Below the pieces are notes generated by a model that was not told the DNA's origin, made no database searches, and saw only the letters and a list, made by a program, of their open reading frames with translations. From positions 62,001 to 126,000 of the forward strand of contig VJWM01000011.1 of the NCBI GenBank assembly GCA_010909165.1: a stretch of 64,000 nt of DNA. The letters are read 5' to 3'. Source of the DNA: Anthoceros angustus (lineage: Eukaryota; Plantae; Anthocerotophyta). A program made the translations under genes and the position numbers. This document shows positions 61,746-64,000 of this stretch, one piece after another (the stretch's first letter is position 1; every line of letters begins with the position of its first letter).

Positions 61746-63392
61746 CGCTCTTACCGGCAGGGAGCAAGCCACTTCCAGCCATAAGCGGCCAGTGGTAGAA
61801 CAGCCTAGAAGGTACCTATTTTAGTGAATATAAATACCGTCATTTAGAGATACTAATTATAAGATAATAATTATTAAATAGAAAATAGCTGATAAATAGG
61901 ATCATTATGCGTAAATATAATAATACTGATTAAACCAACTAGAAAAACCCCAACTAACATGTACCAACAAACCCGTCTAACCTATAAAAACCAAGAACAA
62001 GTAGGTAGTTCTAGAGCGGGTCTCAAACACGGTCTTCTTGGCGACCAAAAGCCGTCTACATAATGTAAGGAACAAGTAAGTATCCAATTTCAGCCTCTCT
62101 CACGCGGTAGCATGGTCCTCCTCCCCTTCACCCTCAATTTCCTCGACCTTGCGCCGCTTCAAGCGTCCCAACCTTGTGCTTCCTGCCCTTGACGGCTCCC
62201 TCCAATGCTCGCGGCATTGAGAAGACTTCCCTCCTTTGGTGGCGCACTACGCTCGGAAGGTGTCACAGCGCTCGGCGTTTCTCTCTTTCCTTCCTCCTCT
62301 TGGCGCTCAACTCGTAGCTAGGGTTCTCCCTCCCCTTCAGCTGGTGCGCAATCTCCTTTCTCTCCTTCGCGCTCCGTAGCGATGGCGATGGCGTGGGTGA
62401 TGGCAACCTTCCTTTTCTCTTTCCGCCTTACGCTCCGGCTCGGTCCAGTTCTTTGCAGTGAGGATGCCTCCGTTCAAGAGAGTTGCCCAAAGCGCACTTT
62501 GCCCTCAGCGGATGCCACGGAGTTCCCAACCCTAGATGCGGTTCAACATTCTAAATTACCTAAGCCTTCCTAAATTACCTATTTTCCTACCTTATCCGCT
62601 TCCCAAATTAGTCACCTTCTAATTAATCCTATTTATCTACTCCCCTATTGGTGAGCATATATAGTGGATATCGCCTTTATTCTAATTTTCCTTTTTCCGA
62701 GATTTCGTCAACCCACGGTGATACGCGACTTACCACGGTGATGCTTCTTTCTCGACCTCACGGCGTGGTGGCGACCTACGGCGGATCTGCCGACCCCCTC
62801 GCCCTCACTCGCCTTGCAGGGTCGTTTTGACCCGTTCTTCTTCAGGATATCCTTTTCTTCCTAACAATATCCTACAACTCCGACTTCAAGATTCTCGAGA
62901 AAATTTCTTGGCATGCTCTCTTCAATCGTTCTAGCCAAAAAAATCAAACTTGTTTGTCTTGGCTCTTTTGGGCTGGTTGCCCAAACTTTTTCGTTCCACA
63001 TACTCCCTCCTCACTGTTTGCGTCCTGCAAACAACATACTCGGGTTGAAGGTACTTCTTAACCTTCCACCCATTCACTCTGTGGCAACATTCGCCTAATA
63101 CCGGAGTTGCGGATCCATTCTCATATCTGCTTCCACCTCGTGGGTCCCATCCATCTCTAAGCTTCCTGGAAGTCTAGTCGACTATCATATAGAAGAACCA
63201 AATCCCGTCCGATAGCCTGCTTCCTCACTTCCCATCATGCCGATCTTTTGAGTTCTGAATCCGTGGGTTTCCTCTAAAGCATCTTCCTCGTTCCTCCTGC
63301 TCTATGAGCGATTCTAGTCTAGCTACACTATCCTCTGATCATGCGTTCATCCTCCATGATCACATGGGTAGGTACTTCAAATTCCACGGGCA

Positions 63393-63990
63393 TCACGGTG
63401 ACATGCCATCGTTGATAATAAGGGTCTTCTTGGTGGTTACCTTCTCCGCGGTCCTGTAAGCCCACAGTGCTGAATGCAATTTAGCATCCCAATCATACAT
63501 GTGTGTTACAGTTACCTTGGTGAGGATTGTGCATAGCAACCCGTTCGTCTTCTCCGTCAATCCGTTTGCCTTGGGGTTGTAGGGGGTCGTCTTTCGATGG
63601 CGGATGTTGAAGTAGGTGGTTAGGGACTCAACGACAGAGTTGAGGAAATGTGTCCCCCGGTCGCTGACCAACTCTAAAGGACATCCATACCTTGTTATGA
63701 TGTTCTCGAATAAAACTTTGCCCTGCAGTCGTCCTTCCTCGTTGCTTGCTCCACCATCTTCGCAATAATCCGTAGCCACCAAAATGTCTTGCTTCCTTGT
63801 CCATTGCGTTGGTGGTTTGATTGGCCCCACGAAATCGATTCCCCACTTCTCGAATGGTGCTAACGGTAGTAGGTGAGGCCATTGTGTACACGTAGGCCGC
63901 CCAACCTCGACGCATCACACCTCGGTGAACTCCCACATCCTTGCATCGTAGCCCACGAACCCATTCAAAATCTTCTTAACGGTCACTGTC
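63393..63990 (-). CDS. Integrase core of the non-chromovirus Gypsy (runs off the window)
   Basis: PFEKWGIDFVGPIKPP, YGCPLELVSDRGTHF, TTPYNPKANGLTE, ALWAYRT. Confidence 0.92.
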
Positions 63991-64000
63991 GAATAGTGTC

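Larger units (their letters stand above)
40761..62112 (+). mobile_element. Chromovirus-type Ty3/Gypsy retrotransposon with tRNA-Met PBS
   Basis: TSD TGGTC (40756-40760 and 62113-62117); 5' LTR about 40762-41142; PBS TGGTATCAGAGCC 41146-41158; gag-PR-RT-RH-INT-chromo; PPT about 48327-48337; 3' LTR split into 48338-48350 and 61746-62112. Confidence 0.92.
34736..64000 (-). mobile_element. Non-chromovirus (Athila/Tat-like) Gypsy element, 3' half, hosting the chromovirus
   Basis: Integrase at 63393-63990; PPT TAAGGGAGGT (36901-36910) directly before TGTATG at 36900; a long ORF between them is split at TSD TGGTC. Confidence 0.7.

Overview
Eukaryotic (green-plant/streptophyte-type) nuclear DNA, mostly nested transposons around a small gene island at 27.5-32.7 kb (7-exon centrin, multi-exon DHRS7-like short-chain dehydrogenase, tRNA-Trp). 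The main result is two distinct minus-strand Ty3/Gypsy elements, each bounded by a 4-bp target-site duplication (7579-17557 and 48351-61745). Each carries a DNMT3-like C5-cytosine methyltransferase between protease and RT, a PHD finger after integrase, and a further shared ORF I cannot assign to any family. Both also show a non-canonical terminal layout (X-ORFs-Y-X-Y on the coding strand), a self-complementary, Tf1-like primer site instead of a tRNA PBS, and CATG/RY-rich U3 regions. Other content: two Copia remnants, a chromovirus, a non-chromovirus Gypsy, two further Gypsy remnants and a CACTA element. Many 0.3-1 kb tandem duplications with indel-rich copies, some spanning TE junctions, suggest unpolished long-read artefacts, so TE frameshifts may not be real. 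All domain calls come from manual translation and motif recognition, with no database search; sub-element coordinates are approximate unless terminal motifs are quoted.
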